Source: the human T2T-CHM13v2.0 reference genome, Homo sapiens
NCBI RefSeq assembly: GCF_009914755.1
Contig: NC_060941.1
Length of the DNA stretch: 64,000 nt
Strand: one strand, 5' to 3'
Of the stretch, positions 1 to 17,611 are shown piece by piece. The notes under the pieces were generated by a model. That model worked only from the letters and a program-made list of their open reading frames with translations. It searched no databases and was not told the origin of the DNA. A program made the position numbers and the translations under genes. Position 1 is the first letter of the stretch, and each line of letters starts with the position of its first letter.

Positions 1-2150
<2,150 letters not shown>

Positions 2151-2431
2151 TGAAGATAATGAAAAAGGGAAAAATGTAACTAATGCTCTTTTAATAACTC
2201 CACTGCTATTTCTATTTTTATTGAAAATTACCACTAAAGCAAAGACAGTTTCTAAAAACAATAAATGTATTACAATTACAGAAACATAATCCTAGCACTT
2301 TGGGAGGCTGAGGTGGGCAGATCACAAAGTCAGGAGTTCAAGACCAGCCTGGCCAACATGGCGAAACCCCATCTCTTCTAAAAATACAAAAATCAGCCAG
2401 GCATGGTGGTGGGCACCTGTAATCCCAGCTA

Positions 2432-2539
<108 letters not shown>

Positions 2540-3434
2540 TCAAAAAAAAAACAATTACAGAAACAGACTTTGGACTTCCATTTCCAGAAACAGGTTAGAA
2601 ACTCTTCCCAATACTGAATTCTCTCAAAATGTTTTTTAAAAAGGTGAGTTTGTGTTAAACTAAGGAAAATAGTGGGAGGCAGAAACAAATACAGGCAGTG
2701 CCCTTATCTTAAACATTTGGGGCCAGTAGTATTCTGGAATTCAGAATTTTGGAGTTTTACAGGGACAACACATTAAGTTTAACAGAGAGCATATTAATAC
2801 TCCAGCACCATCTGGGACAATACCCCATAATCAAACACCATATTTCTACAGTAAGTATAAACCTGTACTCATACAGGATCAGTACGAGCACCCAAGACAA
2901 AAATTCAGTTTTAAGTGGTACCAGAAGGGTAGTGACCCAGGCCCCAGGTGCATGGCAAAAGAAAATGCAAAACACCTGAAGTAACTTAATTTATACAGAG
3001 TACACAGAGAATTCCCACAGACAAAAGTCCAAGAAACATGTTCACGGCCAAAAATCACTAAAATCACAAGCCACCAACAGTCTGAATCCGAAGAAACAAA
3101 GAAATGCTGAGTCAGGTCCACAAAAAACTGTAGATAGCAGAATTATCAGACAAATATACATTTAATAAAACTAAATAAATAAAAGATGGGATCAAAAGTG
3201 GGAATGAAGGGTGAAAGGAATAAGAAACTACAAAAAATGATCCATAGAAATAAAAAATTCAATAACTTTTTTTCTTTGTTTGAGCTGGGGTCTTGCTGTG
3301 TTGCCCAGGTTGGTCTCAAAACTCCTGGGCTCAAGCAATCTTCTCACCTTAAGCTTCCTGAGTAGCTGGGAGTACAAGTGTGTGCCACTTCTCCCAGCTT
3401 ACAGTAACTTTGCGATGAAAATAACATGCCGTCA

Positions 3435-3698
<264 letters not shown>

Positions 3699-3966
3699 TC
3701 ACTGAGAATGAGTGAACTAAAAGATCTGAAGAAATCACTTAGCCCTTTAAGACACAAAGAACATTTAAGATGAAAAAGAACATGAAGGCTGTCTAATCAA
3801 AATCCCAGGTGATAATTAAGAGTATATAATTTCTAAACTAATAGAGAAGAAAAAAAAACAGGTGCTCTTGTCAAAATGCTTCTAGGTCCACATTTACTGT
3901 ACAACCTAGAGGAAGTTACCTAACCTTTCTAAGCCCTGGTTTTCTCATGTGTAAATAAGATAATCA

Positions 3967-4253
3967 GTCCGGGCGCGGTGGCTCATGCCTGTAATCCCAG
4001 CACTTTGGGAGGCCGAGGCAGGCGGATCACAAAGTCAGGAGATCGAGACCATCCTGGCGAACATGGTGAAACCCCGTCTCTACTAAAAATACAAAAAAAT
4101 TAGCCGGGTGTGGTGGCAGGCGCCTGTAGTCCCAGCTATTTGGGAGGCTGAGGCAGGAGAATGGCATGAACCCGGAGGTTGCAGTGAGCCGAGACCGCGC
4201 CATTGCACTCCAGCCTGGGCGACAGAGCAAGACTCCATCTCAAAAAAAAAAAG
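3967..4253 (+). mobile_element. Alu in AKAP10 intron 4 (antisense in the pre-mRNA)
   Basis: Dimeric Alu with TSD AAGATAATCA. Confidence 0.92.
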
Positions 4254-4720
4254 ATAATCATGCCTACTACCTGCACAAAGGTCTTGTGACTAATAAATAA
4301 AATCCAAATATACACTAAGCACTGAACTTAATAAATGTCACTTATTGGCAATTTTTAAAAATTTTTTAAAAATTTTATCTGCAAAGTGCAGTAAAATATT
4401 AATAAAATTAAGACCGAGGGAGGAAATAAGGCTATGTGGATAATGGTTTGATGTCAAAATCAGTGGAGGGGAAAAGTAGGACATTTGACCCTTCATTTAC
4501 TAATTCTGATAACACACTTCTTAGAAGGTCCAGTCACTCCTGCTCCTTTTCCATACACTGATCTGACTCTACTACACTCTCCAAATTCTCCCAAATTTAC
4601 AAGTAGTTAGAGGAGAAAAAAAATATTCCAATCATTTTATTCCTCATCTGAAGTTCTGCTTAGTAAATTAAAAAAAGAAAGTGAGACACATATGTACACA
4701 CAAGAAAATCACATACTCAC

Positions 4721-5278
4721 TTTTCATTAGTTTTCCTGACAATTCTTTTAGTGGAGAAGCGGGACTATTTCTACTGGCTACTGTAAGTGTAGAGGAAGAT
4801 TCTTGGGTTTCCATGGAAACTTGGTGAGTTCCTGCTCTGGCCATTTCAAGACGGAGAGAATGGGCACTGTCACATTCCTGGGAAAGCAGCAAGTGATTCT
4901 GAGTGCTGTTAGTTCTATTATTCAGGTCAATTCCTTCTGAATGAGTCATAAACAACTGTGCTGAGCCAGAATCCTCCAATCTCTTATCAAGAGAATCAGT
5001 TAAAAAAGACGCTGTAGTTTCATGCTTTTTAGATGGAGAGACAGGCTCAGCCAGTGAGCTCTGCTTCACTGTGTTTAGACTGTGTGCTCTTATTCGCGAC
5101 CAAGTTGTTGAATGAAAACTTTCAGCCTCTAACCAAAATTTCACCAAATGCTCCATTCGCCGAAGTTCCATGAATTGAATGAAGTAAGGGAGGACAATAG
5201 TGTCGTGCAAGACTTGTTCAAGGGTCTTAGAAAGGCTTGATTTGGTCTCTTGAGTCTGGTAGTCCAGACAAGATCTGC
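4721..5278 (-). CDS. AKAP10: AKAP10 coding exon 4 (558 nt; start of first RGS domain, LEQVLHDTIVLPYFIQFMELRRMEHLVKFWLEAESF...KLMK)
   Basis: ORF 4668..5210 contains the RGS signature (F.QFM...LVKFWLEAESF). Acceptor tctatcttttag|GCAG and donor AAAA|gtgagt. The gene continues beyond the left end of the window. Confidence 0.97.
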
Positions 5279-5549
5279 CTAAAAGATAGAAGCAAAAGAA
5301 TTAGCAGTTCAGCAACAAATAATTTCAGATTGACAGATTAGTCAATCACTTTTAGCAACAACTGGTACCAGAGACCTTGAATAAAGTTTACTTCCTAGCA
5401 ACTAAAGTAAATAAAAAAACTACAAATACTATGCTTTTGGTTTCTAAACAAAGTACAATCGTCCAAAACTTGCCTAAATTATTAAAAAGTTATTTGTTAC
5501 TCAATAATTCTCATATCTCTTTTAATGGCAATTCAGACCATGTAAATTC

Positions 5550-5860
5550 TTTTTTTTTTTTTTTTTTTTTTTTTTTGAGACTTTTCACTCTTGTTGCCTA
5601 GGCTGGAGAGCAATGGCGCGATCTCGGCTCAATGCAACCAACCTCCACCTCCCGGGTTCAAGCGATTCTCTTGACTCAGCCTCCTAAGTAGCTGGGATTA
5701 CAGGCACCCGCCACCACGCTGAGCTAGTTTTTGTACTTTTAGTAGAGATTCGGTTTCACCATGTTGGTCAGGATGGTCTCAAACTCCTGACCTTCGGCAA
5801 TCCACCCACCTCGGCCTCCCAAAGTGCTGGGATTGCAGGCGTGAGCCACTGCGCCCAGCC
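5550..5860 (-). mobile_element. Alu in AKAP10 intron 3 (sense in the pre-mRNA)
   Basis: Poly-T followed by reverse-complement Alu, with a degenerate TSD cagac..taaattct. Confidence 0.92.
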
Positions 5861-8709
5861 CAGACTACATAAATTCTTAAGAAAAAAAACTTATGATACT
5901 AGTTCCAAAGGGGCCAATAAAAATATTAAAAACTATACTCAACCTCATTAAAAATCCCAGAAAAGCAAATTAACATAAAATGCATTTTTGTCTGTCAAAT
6001 TAGATTTTTTTCAAAAATTATTAAGCAGTAACAAGGGCACAGGAAAATAGGCAACACTCTCATTCGCTGGTCATGAGGATGTAAACTGGCAAAACCTTTT
6101 TGGAGGAGCATTCAGGAACAGATAGCAAAGTCTTAGCAAACTGCATTATTTTCAGTCCAGTAATTCCACTTGTAGGCACTTATCCTGAGGGAAAATTGTG
6201 GATATATCTACAAAGATGTTATGAACTCAGCATTATTCATTCATAGTAGGTTAAAGAGTAGCTTTGAGATCGTACCTTGAAAAATGAAACTAAACTTAAT
6301 AAAAAATCATTTATCTTATATTTAACTAAATTTAAATTATAACCACAAGCTAATTGTTAGGAAAGACAAAAAATTTTTTTAAAAATTGGCTTTCATAGCA
6401 TGATCATAAAGATGGGCATTCTTATAAAACTGACTGAGGGTTTCATCAATTTGTCAAAAGAGTTCTTCTTAATCCATTGATATTCAAATCATTTTTTTGA
6501 AGCACGTCGTGTCTTCATCCTCAGTCTTACTGTCAGTGTCAACTAGTTCATCTTTGTCAACATCACAAACTTGAGGAAATTCTGATCTTCTGTGAGGTTT
6601 ACAATTTCTTTTAATTAAATTCTATGAGATAATGCTAGATTCACATGAAGTTCTAAGATACAATACTGAAAGGGCCAGGCATGGTCGCTCACGCCTGTAA
6701 TTCCAGTACTTTAGGAGGCTGGGGCAGGCGGATCACTAGAGCCCAGGAGTTCAAGACCGGCCTGGGGAACATAGTGAAACCCCATCTCTAAAAAAATAAT
6801 AATACCTAGAGATCCCTTGTACACTTTAGTTTCTCCCATGGTAACATCTTGCAAAGCTATAGTACAATATCACTCTAAGATACTGACAGTGATACAACAC
6901 TCTAACTTGTTCAGATTTCCCCAGTTTTATCTGTACTCATTCTTGTTTTTAGTTCTTTGTAATTTTATCACATTGAGATTTCTGCATCCACTGCCAAGAT
7001 ACAACTTCAACATCACAAAGATCCCTCATGTTGCACTTTTATAACTACACCCACTTACCCCTCTCACCTCCCTGTCTCTAACATCTGGCAAACACTAATC
7101 TTTTCATTTCTCTTAATTTCTCTATTTCAAGAATATTATCCAAACGGAATCATACTATATGTAGTCTTTAGGGACTGGTTTTTGTCTGACAGCATAATTC
7201 CCTTGATATTCATCCAGGTGGTTAAATGTATCAACAGTTTGTTCCTTTTTATTGCTGAATGGTATTCCATGGTATGAATGAACCAGTTCATTCACCTGCT
7301 GAAGAACATCCAGTTTTTCAATATTAAGCTGCTATGAACATTTGTGCACAGGTTTTTATTGGAAGGTAAGTTTTCATTTATCTGGGATAAATACAGAGTG
7401 CAACTGCTAGGTCATATGGTAATTGCATGTTTCACGTCATAAGAAACCACCAGCCAGGGATGACGGCTCATGCCTGTAATCCCAGCACTTTGGGAGGCCG
7501 AGGCGGGCTGATCACCTGAGGTCAGGAGTTCAAAACCAGCCTGACCAACATGGTGAAACCCCATATCTACTAAATATACAAAAATCAGCCAGGCATTATG
7601 GCAGGCACCTGTCATCCCAGCTACTCAGGAGGCTGAGGCAGGAGAATAGCTTGAACCTGGGAGGCGGAGGTTGCAGTGAGCCAAAAATTGGGCCACTGCA
7701 CTCCAGCCTGTGAGACTCCGTCTACAAATAAATAAACAAACAAACAAACAAACAAACAAACTGCCTAGGCCAGGCACAGTAGCTCACGCCCGTAATCCCA
7801 GCACTTTGGGAGGCCTACGCAAGTGGATCGCTTGATTCCAGGAGTTTGAGACCAGCCTGGGAAACATGGCGAAACCCCGTCTCTACAAAAAAAAAAAAAA
7901 AAAATACAAAAATTAGCCAGGCGTGGTGGTGCATGCCTATAGTCCCAGCTACTCAGGAGACTGAGGGAGGATCACCTGAACCTGAGGAGGGTGAGGCTGC
8001 AGTGAGTTGTAATCACGCCACTGTACTCCAGCCTGCGCAACAGAGTGAGACCCTGTCTCAAAAAGAAAAAAAAAAAGAAAGAAAGAAACTGCCTGTTTTC
8101 CAGAGCATCTGCACCATTTTAAATTCTCATCAGCAATTTATGAGTGATCTAGCAAAACTTACAATTTTACTCTCTGAGCTATATGCATTTTGTCTGCTAT
8201 GTATTATTGCTAAGTGTGCCCCACAAACACATTGACACTCTGGTTTGAATATACACAAAAGTAGAGAGAGATGTCAAAAGCAGGACTGATTTTATTAGAA
8301 GTCCATTGGTTCATGGATCTTTTTTTCAACTTATGACAACATGACATGCAATTTTCTAAGTGCAGAAATTTGGGTAAGAAATACTGACAAAATAAAGGTC
8401 TCCTGCATATGTTTTTGTTTTGGAAGAACTTATTTTAATATAACGGATTTTACCATGCATACTGTGACTTGCTTTTCTCACATTTAAACATGCCTTAGAC
8501 ATTTTCCCACGTCTTTTTTAGATTTCTAAATGGCTACACTGAACCAGGTGTGGTGGTTCACGTTGGTAATCCCAGCACTTTGGGAGGCCTGTGTGGGAGA
8601 ATTGCTTGAGGCCAGGAGTTTGAGACCAGCTTAGGCAACATAGTGAGACCCTGTCTCTACAAAAAATTAAAAAATTATCTGGGTGTGGTGACACATGCCT
8701 GCAGTCCTA

Positions 8710-8856
<147 letters not shown>

Positions 8857-8969
8857 TTATACTCCAGAGCATGCGTATACCACAATTTGGTTATTTCCCT
8901 ATAACAGATATTTATATGTTGTCCATAATTTTTTGCTATCACAAACAATACTATAATGAATAGCCTTCA

Positions 8970-8972
8970 ACA

Positions 8973-9037
<65 letters not shown>

Positions 9038-9039
9038 AC
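8970..9039. repeat. Compound microsatellite (CATA)n(CA)n
   Basis: About 8 CATA units followed by about 14 CA units. Confidence 0.95.
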
Positions 9040-9547
9040 CTGCACATATGAATGAGCATATCTGAGGGCTAGGTCTTAGAAAGAGTGGCCTAAATGACAT
9101 GCATATTTTATACTGATTTCCAAATTGCTTTCCAAAGAGTCTTCACCAGATTATATTATCACTAAATAGGAGGGGTATTTCCCTGCATCTTCACTGACAT
9201 TCAAATTGTCAAACTTTAAAAAATATGCTAATGTGTTAGGAGAACATTAACTGATTATTTTAATTTGCACTTCCCTCAGTAATAAAGTGAGACATCTTTT
9301 TCATATATTTATATTTAGTGATCAGATATATTTCTTCTGGAAATGCTTGTTTTTCTACTGGGCATGCTTTATATTCTATATTTACAGGAACACAACACAG
9401 CTACCCATTATACTTGTAGCTGTTATTTTAAATACATTTTTTCCAAAGCACTTTCCAATTATATAGTTCTGTATCCTATGACAGAAGTTTCACATATTGT
9501 ACTCAAATCCTTCTAATACAAGTTAATAAAAAATGATAGTTACTTAC

Positions 9548-9730
9548 CCAGGTCACCAAAATGAGCGGCCTCCATGTGGCTTGGCTGCTTCTTAAGTGTG
9601 GCTGTCCTGCTACTTGAAAAGGAGTCCATGTTGGCAGAAATGGCATTGATTGCAACATGACTTGGTCCTGCAGCCTCCAGCAAGGCATGATTTTTAGTGC
9701 TTTTTTGTGGGGAATGTACGGATATTGAAG
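9548..9730 (-). CDS. AKAP10: AKAP10 coding exon 3 (183 nt; (A)SISVHSPQKSTKNHALLEAAGPSHVAINAISANMDSFSSSRTATLKKQPSHMEAAHFGDL)
   Basis: Acceptor aattatag|CTTCAAT and donor CTGG|gtaagt. Frame is open and matches AKAP10. The supplied ORF 9503..9688 is in a different frame. Confidence 0.95.
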
Positions 9731-9882
9731 CTATAATTTTTCAAAAAATTGTTAAGAATTAAACACAATTTGATAGCCTAAAACTCTCATAAAGGGGCTT
9801 TCAGAGAACTTTAAAAATTAAATTTTGTAACATTACTCTTAAGTCAGCATACTCAGCAAAAAATACTTAAGAGGAAAAGTAA

Positions 9883-10191
<309 letters not shown>

Positions 10192-10268
10192 TAACAAAGC
10201 CAGAAAGCATTCTAAAATACGGATTATTTTTAAATCCTTAAACCTTGCTTGCTTTAGGAACAAAACTA

Positions 10269-10642
<374 letters not shown>

Positions 10643-13600
10643 TCATAAAATATATTTTTAGTAGTCTGAAGAAATATCAGTATCACCCCTTTGGCTTCAG
10701 AATAAAGATAATTTCAGTCATTCAATAATAGTTGTGGGAATTACAAAATGAAGAGTGACTGTCTTCAAACTATTTTTTCAATGTTAAAAGAAGGTTTATT
10801 TTTATTTTCATGAGAAATTGGAGCAAAATAATTTTTAGCTTATTTATAAACAAAAGCCAGTTTTCGTGTTCAGACAAGTACAAGTAAGAGTCTATAGGAA
10901 TGGTGAGACTCTCGCATTGTTTCTTAATTAGATGTATATAATGTAAAATGCTACTAACTCATTTGTACAAGGCTTTCCCCGGTCCCTCTTAACATCTCTC
11001 TTAGAACTAGTAACTTATTTTTACCACTCCTTCCTGATAGTCTATCTTTCTTGGTCTCCATGGTATTATACTCTCCTAATTTCCTCTTCTATCTGCTCAT
11101 TGCTCTCATTCTTTTAATACCCATTTATCAACACCCAGTGTGTCAGATATAGCCTGCTTCTTTGGCTCCCCTTCTTGAGGCTATCTGTTCTTCTTTTATT
11201 CTTTCTGCTAGAAAGCATATTTACTCTCAAATCTTTAATTATTACCAGAGCAATAATTTTCAAACTTTTTAAAAGCTGAAACCTCCTTTGCTTCCCACCA
11301 AAATAAACTTAACAAGGGACCGGGTGCAGTGGTTCACGCCTGTAATCCCAGAACTTTTGGAGGCTGAGGCAGGCAGATCACGAGGCCAGGAGTTCGAGAC
11401 CAGTCTGGCCAACATGGTGAAACCCCATCTCTACTAAAAATACAAAAGAAATTAGCTGGGCTTGGTGGCACAAGCCTGTAATCCCAGCTACTTGGGAGGC
11501 TGAGGCAGGAGAATCACTCGAACCCGAGAGGCAGAGGTTGCAGTGAGCTGCGCGATCTCGCCACTGCCCTCCAGCCTGGGCAACAGAGCGAGAATCTGTC
11601 TCAGAAAAAACAACAACAACAACAAAAAAGTAATTCTGGCAAATTCAAGGGAAACATCTTACTCACACCCTCCACATGGACTGTTTGCAACAGCTCCTAG
11701 GGTACACCTCTGTGGAGCAGATGAAAAAGCCCTGATCTGTATCTGTGACTTGTCTTTGACCTGGGCTTTGGTCTTGTATCACTGATTACTCGCTACTAAG
11801 CATTCCCACCCACATTGACTTTACCATCTCAAGCACAATCTGTCTAAATATCAACTTAAAACATCATCATCTGATTCTCCTCTCAATTTCCCTGTCTGTT
11901 CAATCCACCAGTCTCCAAAACTCAAAATCTTGGTCCCATTCTTTTTCACTGTTATCTGTTTACTTGCCAAGATTTGTTGACTTTTCCTTCAAGATGTTTA
12001 AACATTTACTTACCTGTTTATTTTTAACACCTCACCCTCAGTGCAAGTCTTTCTGTATTATAACAAAAAAACTTCCGGGGTCTCCATCCTGCAAATCTCT
12101 TCCAGACTAACCTTTCATAAACACCATACTTACAGCATCAATATCTTGCTCAAAAACCTACAGTGGCTTCCTGCTTCCTCTGTCTCAATTCTCTTTTCTG
12201 GTCTTTACAGCCTTCTATACCTTCATCTCAATCTTTCTGTAAAAATCTCCCTCTACTTGTCTGAAGGCCCCTTTGCCCAATATATCCTCAAATAAGAAGC
12301 TGGGCTGGTAGGGAGAAGAGAAAGAATCTCTCATTCAAATCTTTCTTATTCTTCAACTTTTATACAAGGTAAGTGTCATTGCCATGAAGTCTTCCCTAAA
12401 CTTCAGAAATCATTTGTTGATCTCAAATTCCTCTGAATTCCTTGCAGTGCTTCACTCAGTTTGACTAATTCAACAAACTGAAGGCTATGTTAAAACTAGA
12501 TAATGATAGCTACCAATGGAGGACCTACTATATACCAGGCACTATACGAGTTTCTCTATGTACCTTTTTTTTTTTTGGATATTATTTCATCTATCTCTCA
12601 GGACAATCTTGTAAGACCATATTTTCCTCATTTTAGAGATGAAGACAAAAATGAAAACAAGTTGAATACTTTGCCCTAGGTTAATGAGCTAGTAAACAGC
12701 CATTTCAACAGGCAGGATTTCAACTTAGGTTTGCTAGACTCTAAAAAATCACTCTCTAACCTTTGGTTTAAAACTCAGACCTTAAAATTACTATGCATAT
12801 AAAATAACATATATAACATATATAAATGAATGACTCAAAAGCACCTCCCACCCAACATAACAAAACTGAACATATAATTTCCTGTTTTGGTTCTGTTAGG
12901 CAAGCCAGAAGGTAGGTATCAATCTTAAATATCCCTCTCTCTCACACCTCATATTTAATCAATAATAAACTTCTATCCATTTTGCCTCCGAATTTTTTTT
13001 CAAGTCCGTTCACATCTCTTTACTTCCATCACTACCAATCTAGGCTAAGCCATCTGTGGAATTACTTGATTAATGTTCCTCTCCCCTACTAATCTGTAAG
13101 TTCAATGAGGGCAGGACCTAAGTCTTTTTTGTTCACCGTTATAGTCAGTTTTTGTCTAATGCCCAGAACAGAAGAAGTGTTCTATAAATGGCAGCTATTA
13201 TTATTTTGGTCTATTTGCTACTGTTCTGTGTATAAGTTTGTCTTTCTAACCAGACTGCAAACATCTTGAGGGGCTGTTTCTTGTACTGCTTCTGTATTAT
13301 CCTAAGGATAAGTCAGTGAATGTTAAGCACAGATTATGTACTTCATAATCAGAGTATAAGCACAGAATTTTTTAGCCCAGTAGAGATTTAGAAATTAGCT
13401 AGGCCAATCCCCCCATTCAACAAATGAAGAATCTGAAGAAAGTTACAACTTCCCAAGGTCATACTGTTAGTGGCAAAGTTTAGAGTGGAAGACTGGTGTT
13501 CTCACTGCCTGAAACATCTAAGTTCCTTCCTTCTACTACAGTCAGATCTAGTCTTTACAGGTCTCTGCTTGAGAAGGGCTTTAAGCCTTTATCACTGCCA

Positions 13601-14307
13601 ATCAAGTTTTGCTCAAAGAAGGCAGTTTGAACTAATGTGGAATCTAACTGGCTTTACATAAGAAATAAGTAAACTAGGCTGTAAGGTACCTTACTTTTTT
13701 CCCTAATTTTACAACTTGCCTAAGTTATAATTAGTCTTCTTCTCCAGCAAATTGAGCATATAGAATAAATACTCAGTGCAAGCAATACAACATAAAAACA
13801 TTTGAAGGAAAAATCTAAATAAGTAGCAATCTACAGATTTTATGGAAATAAATTGATGAAATTAATATGTAATGACTATGGAAACAATTTCCATTATAAT
13901 TTTCCCACTTCAATCTCTGTACACTGGACAAATAAAATCAGTGAGTAATACAGCATCTTTAAAAAGCATGCTCTAATCTATAAACAAGGACAATGTATCG
14001 ATCCCAACAAAAAATAAACAAAATATATTTTAAATTAAGGTTGTTCATTCAAATAAAAAAGTAAAAACTGTAATCAACCATACTTCTGGATAAATGACAG
14101 AAAACTAAGCCTTATAAGTGTCAGTGCTTTCCTACAGTTAACAGACTGCTCAGTTAAGAGTATTCTTCATTTTTTGTCTTACTAAATAAATAAAGTGAAC
14201 TAATCACTTTTAGGGAACAATTAAATGTGTGATTAATAAGAAGGGCACTGGTTCACTGTAATCACTAGGATAGCCAATACACACAAGGCTCAGTAAAAGC
14301 CTACTTA

Positions 14308-14946
<639 letters not shown>

Positions 14947-15121
14947 CTAGATGTTAAAGCATTATACAGGTTAAAGAGGGAAATAAATCAAAATCATAAG
15001 TAATTATAAAATAAGGCAGAAATGATTAATGCCAAAAGAGAGAGTATAACAGGATTAAAGAACTCACAAATGCAAAGCACATCACTTTTTAATGCAGTGG
15101 ACTGCCAAGGGCAGAACTTAC

Positions 15122-15169
15122 CTTTAATGGACTTCACATCTGAGGTCTTCTCTTGTTCTTTGCCTTTCA
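15122..15169 (-). CDS. AKAP10: AKAP10 coding exon 2 (48 nt; (V)KGKEQEKTSDVKSIK)
   Basis: Acceptor ttatgttctag|TGAAAGG and donor AAG|gtaagt. Translation continues the AKAP10 sequence in frame. Confidence 0.95.
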
Positions 15170-15750
15170 CTAGAACATAAAAAGATAATTATGACCAACT
15201 TTTGCAGTCAGAGATCCATTCTATAACACTGTAAAAATTAGACCAGCTTTATTCTAAGATGAGTATTCAAAGTTCTAGAACAATGGACAGCCTTGGAGGA
15301 GGGCACAGGAGGGTAGCTGTCAGCAAAGGCTTCTCTAAGGAAGTGACCTTGGAACAGCATCCAGTCAAAAGAGTTGAACCTGCTTATGGAGAGACAATGT
15401 AGTCACAACATCTGGGGTCAAATTCTGGCTCTACCACTTATAAGCCATGTGATCTTGGACAAGTTACTTACTTCTCTGGGTCTTAATTTTCTTGATTTAT
15501 AAAATTAGGTCAATAATAAAAACTACCTTAGAGGATTATTGATGAAAAAAAATATATACCTGTAAGGGGCTTAGAAGAGTAACTAGCACAGTAAATTGAG
15601 GACAAATGCTAACCAATATTATTACCATGTGTCATCCATAGTACTAGCTACTAGAAGCATAGTGAAGAAAGGTCTTTGGTTGTGTATCATATCTTATTAC
15701 TTATTCCTCCCATAGCATCAAGTGAAAACATCCTAAGCCTCTAACACTCA

Positions 15751-16107
<357 letters not shown>

Positions 16108-17311
16108 TTACTACATAAAACAGTAAAAATTCTGCTGTAGATAAGCTAATATGACATCCAAGATAGGAAGGTGCCCAGCAGCTTAAGCCAAGTGTGAATT
16201 CTATCACAGGATCTGACATAAGACTATTTTTAACCCTCTTTTCTTGTTTTTTTTTTTCAACATTAAAAAATCTTACCAGGAAAAGGTTATCAAAATAAGA
16301 AATGCCAAAACGTGCCCATCTCTGTATTTGTGCTCTTAAACATTGAAAGGTGAAAGGCTAGTAGCAGGAAATAACTCGCCCTCAGAGTATCTGGATGAAG
16401 TCAATACATCAACTGTTGAGTGCTTGGTATGTGCCAGACATGCTCCCAGCTCAGAAAAGGCAATGATTTTGCCTTCAAAAAGTCTACATTCAAGTGTGTG
16501 GAGACTAACATGAAAAAAATAAATAAGATCGTTGCAGGTACTGATCACTGCTGTCAGGAAGACGACATTTAAAAATGTTGTAGGGTCACTGGTGTTTGCA
16601 GCCCTCTCAGCAGCATCTGCCCATGGACTACATCACTCACTTTAAACATTAACTTGTCTTGGCTTCCTTGACTCCTCTCTTCTGCATATACATCTGTATT
16701 TCCTGGCTGATCCTACCCATTCTTAAGGCTTACAATACCATAGATACGCTGTTACTCCTAAATTTATATCTCCATCCTAAATCTTTTATCTCAAATTCAT
16801 ATAGCTAACCACCTACCTGCCATCTTCCATAATTCCACTTGTCTAAAAGGGAACATGTCATCTTCTCCCAAACCTGTTCCTACCTCAGTCTTCATCTTCC
16901 CTCATGAATGACACTGTCATCCACCCACTACTCAGACCAAAATTCCGGAAGTCATCCTTAACATGGTCTGTTTATTACCTTCCACATACAAACTATGACC
17001 AACTGATTCTACTGCCAAAACAAACCACCACGGTTCCACTTTTACCACCTAAAAACATTCTCCTACTATCAATCAGATCTCCTATGTTATACTTCTAACA
17101 TATACACAACTCAACAATCAAATATCAGCATTTTGCTTTATTTCCTTCTGTCCCCCTAAGTATTATACATAGACTTTAGAGTTCCTATGAATCACCACCT
17201 GACCCTTCCTTTCCCAGATATAAATACTTACTAAATTAGATATTTCCTGGCCAAGCGCAGTGGCTCACACCTGTAATCCCAGGACTTTGGGAGGCCAAGG
17301 CGGGTGGCTCA

Positions 17312-17611
<300 letters not shown>

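Noticed and set aside
6240-6605. Non-Alu AT-rich segment in AKAP10 intron 3, possibly a cryptic exon or DNA transposon fragment
   Set aside because: No convincing splice-site pair or ORF, and I could not assign a family without a Dfam search.
9503-9688. 61-aa ORF overlapping AKAP10 exon 3
   Set aside because: Alternative frame of a real exon running into the intron, with no independent support.
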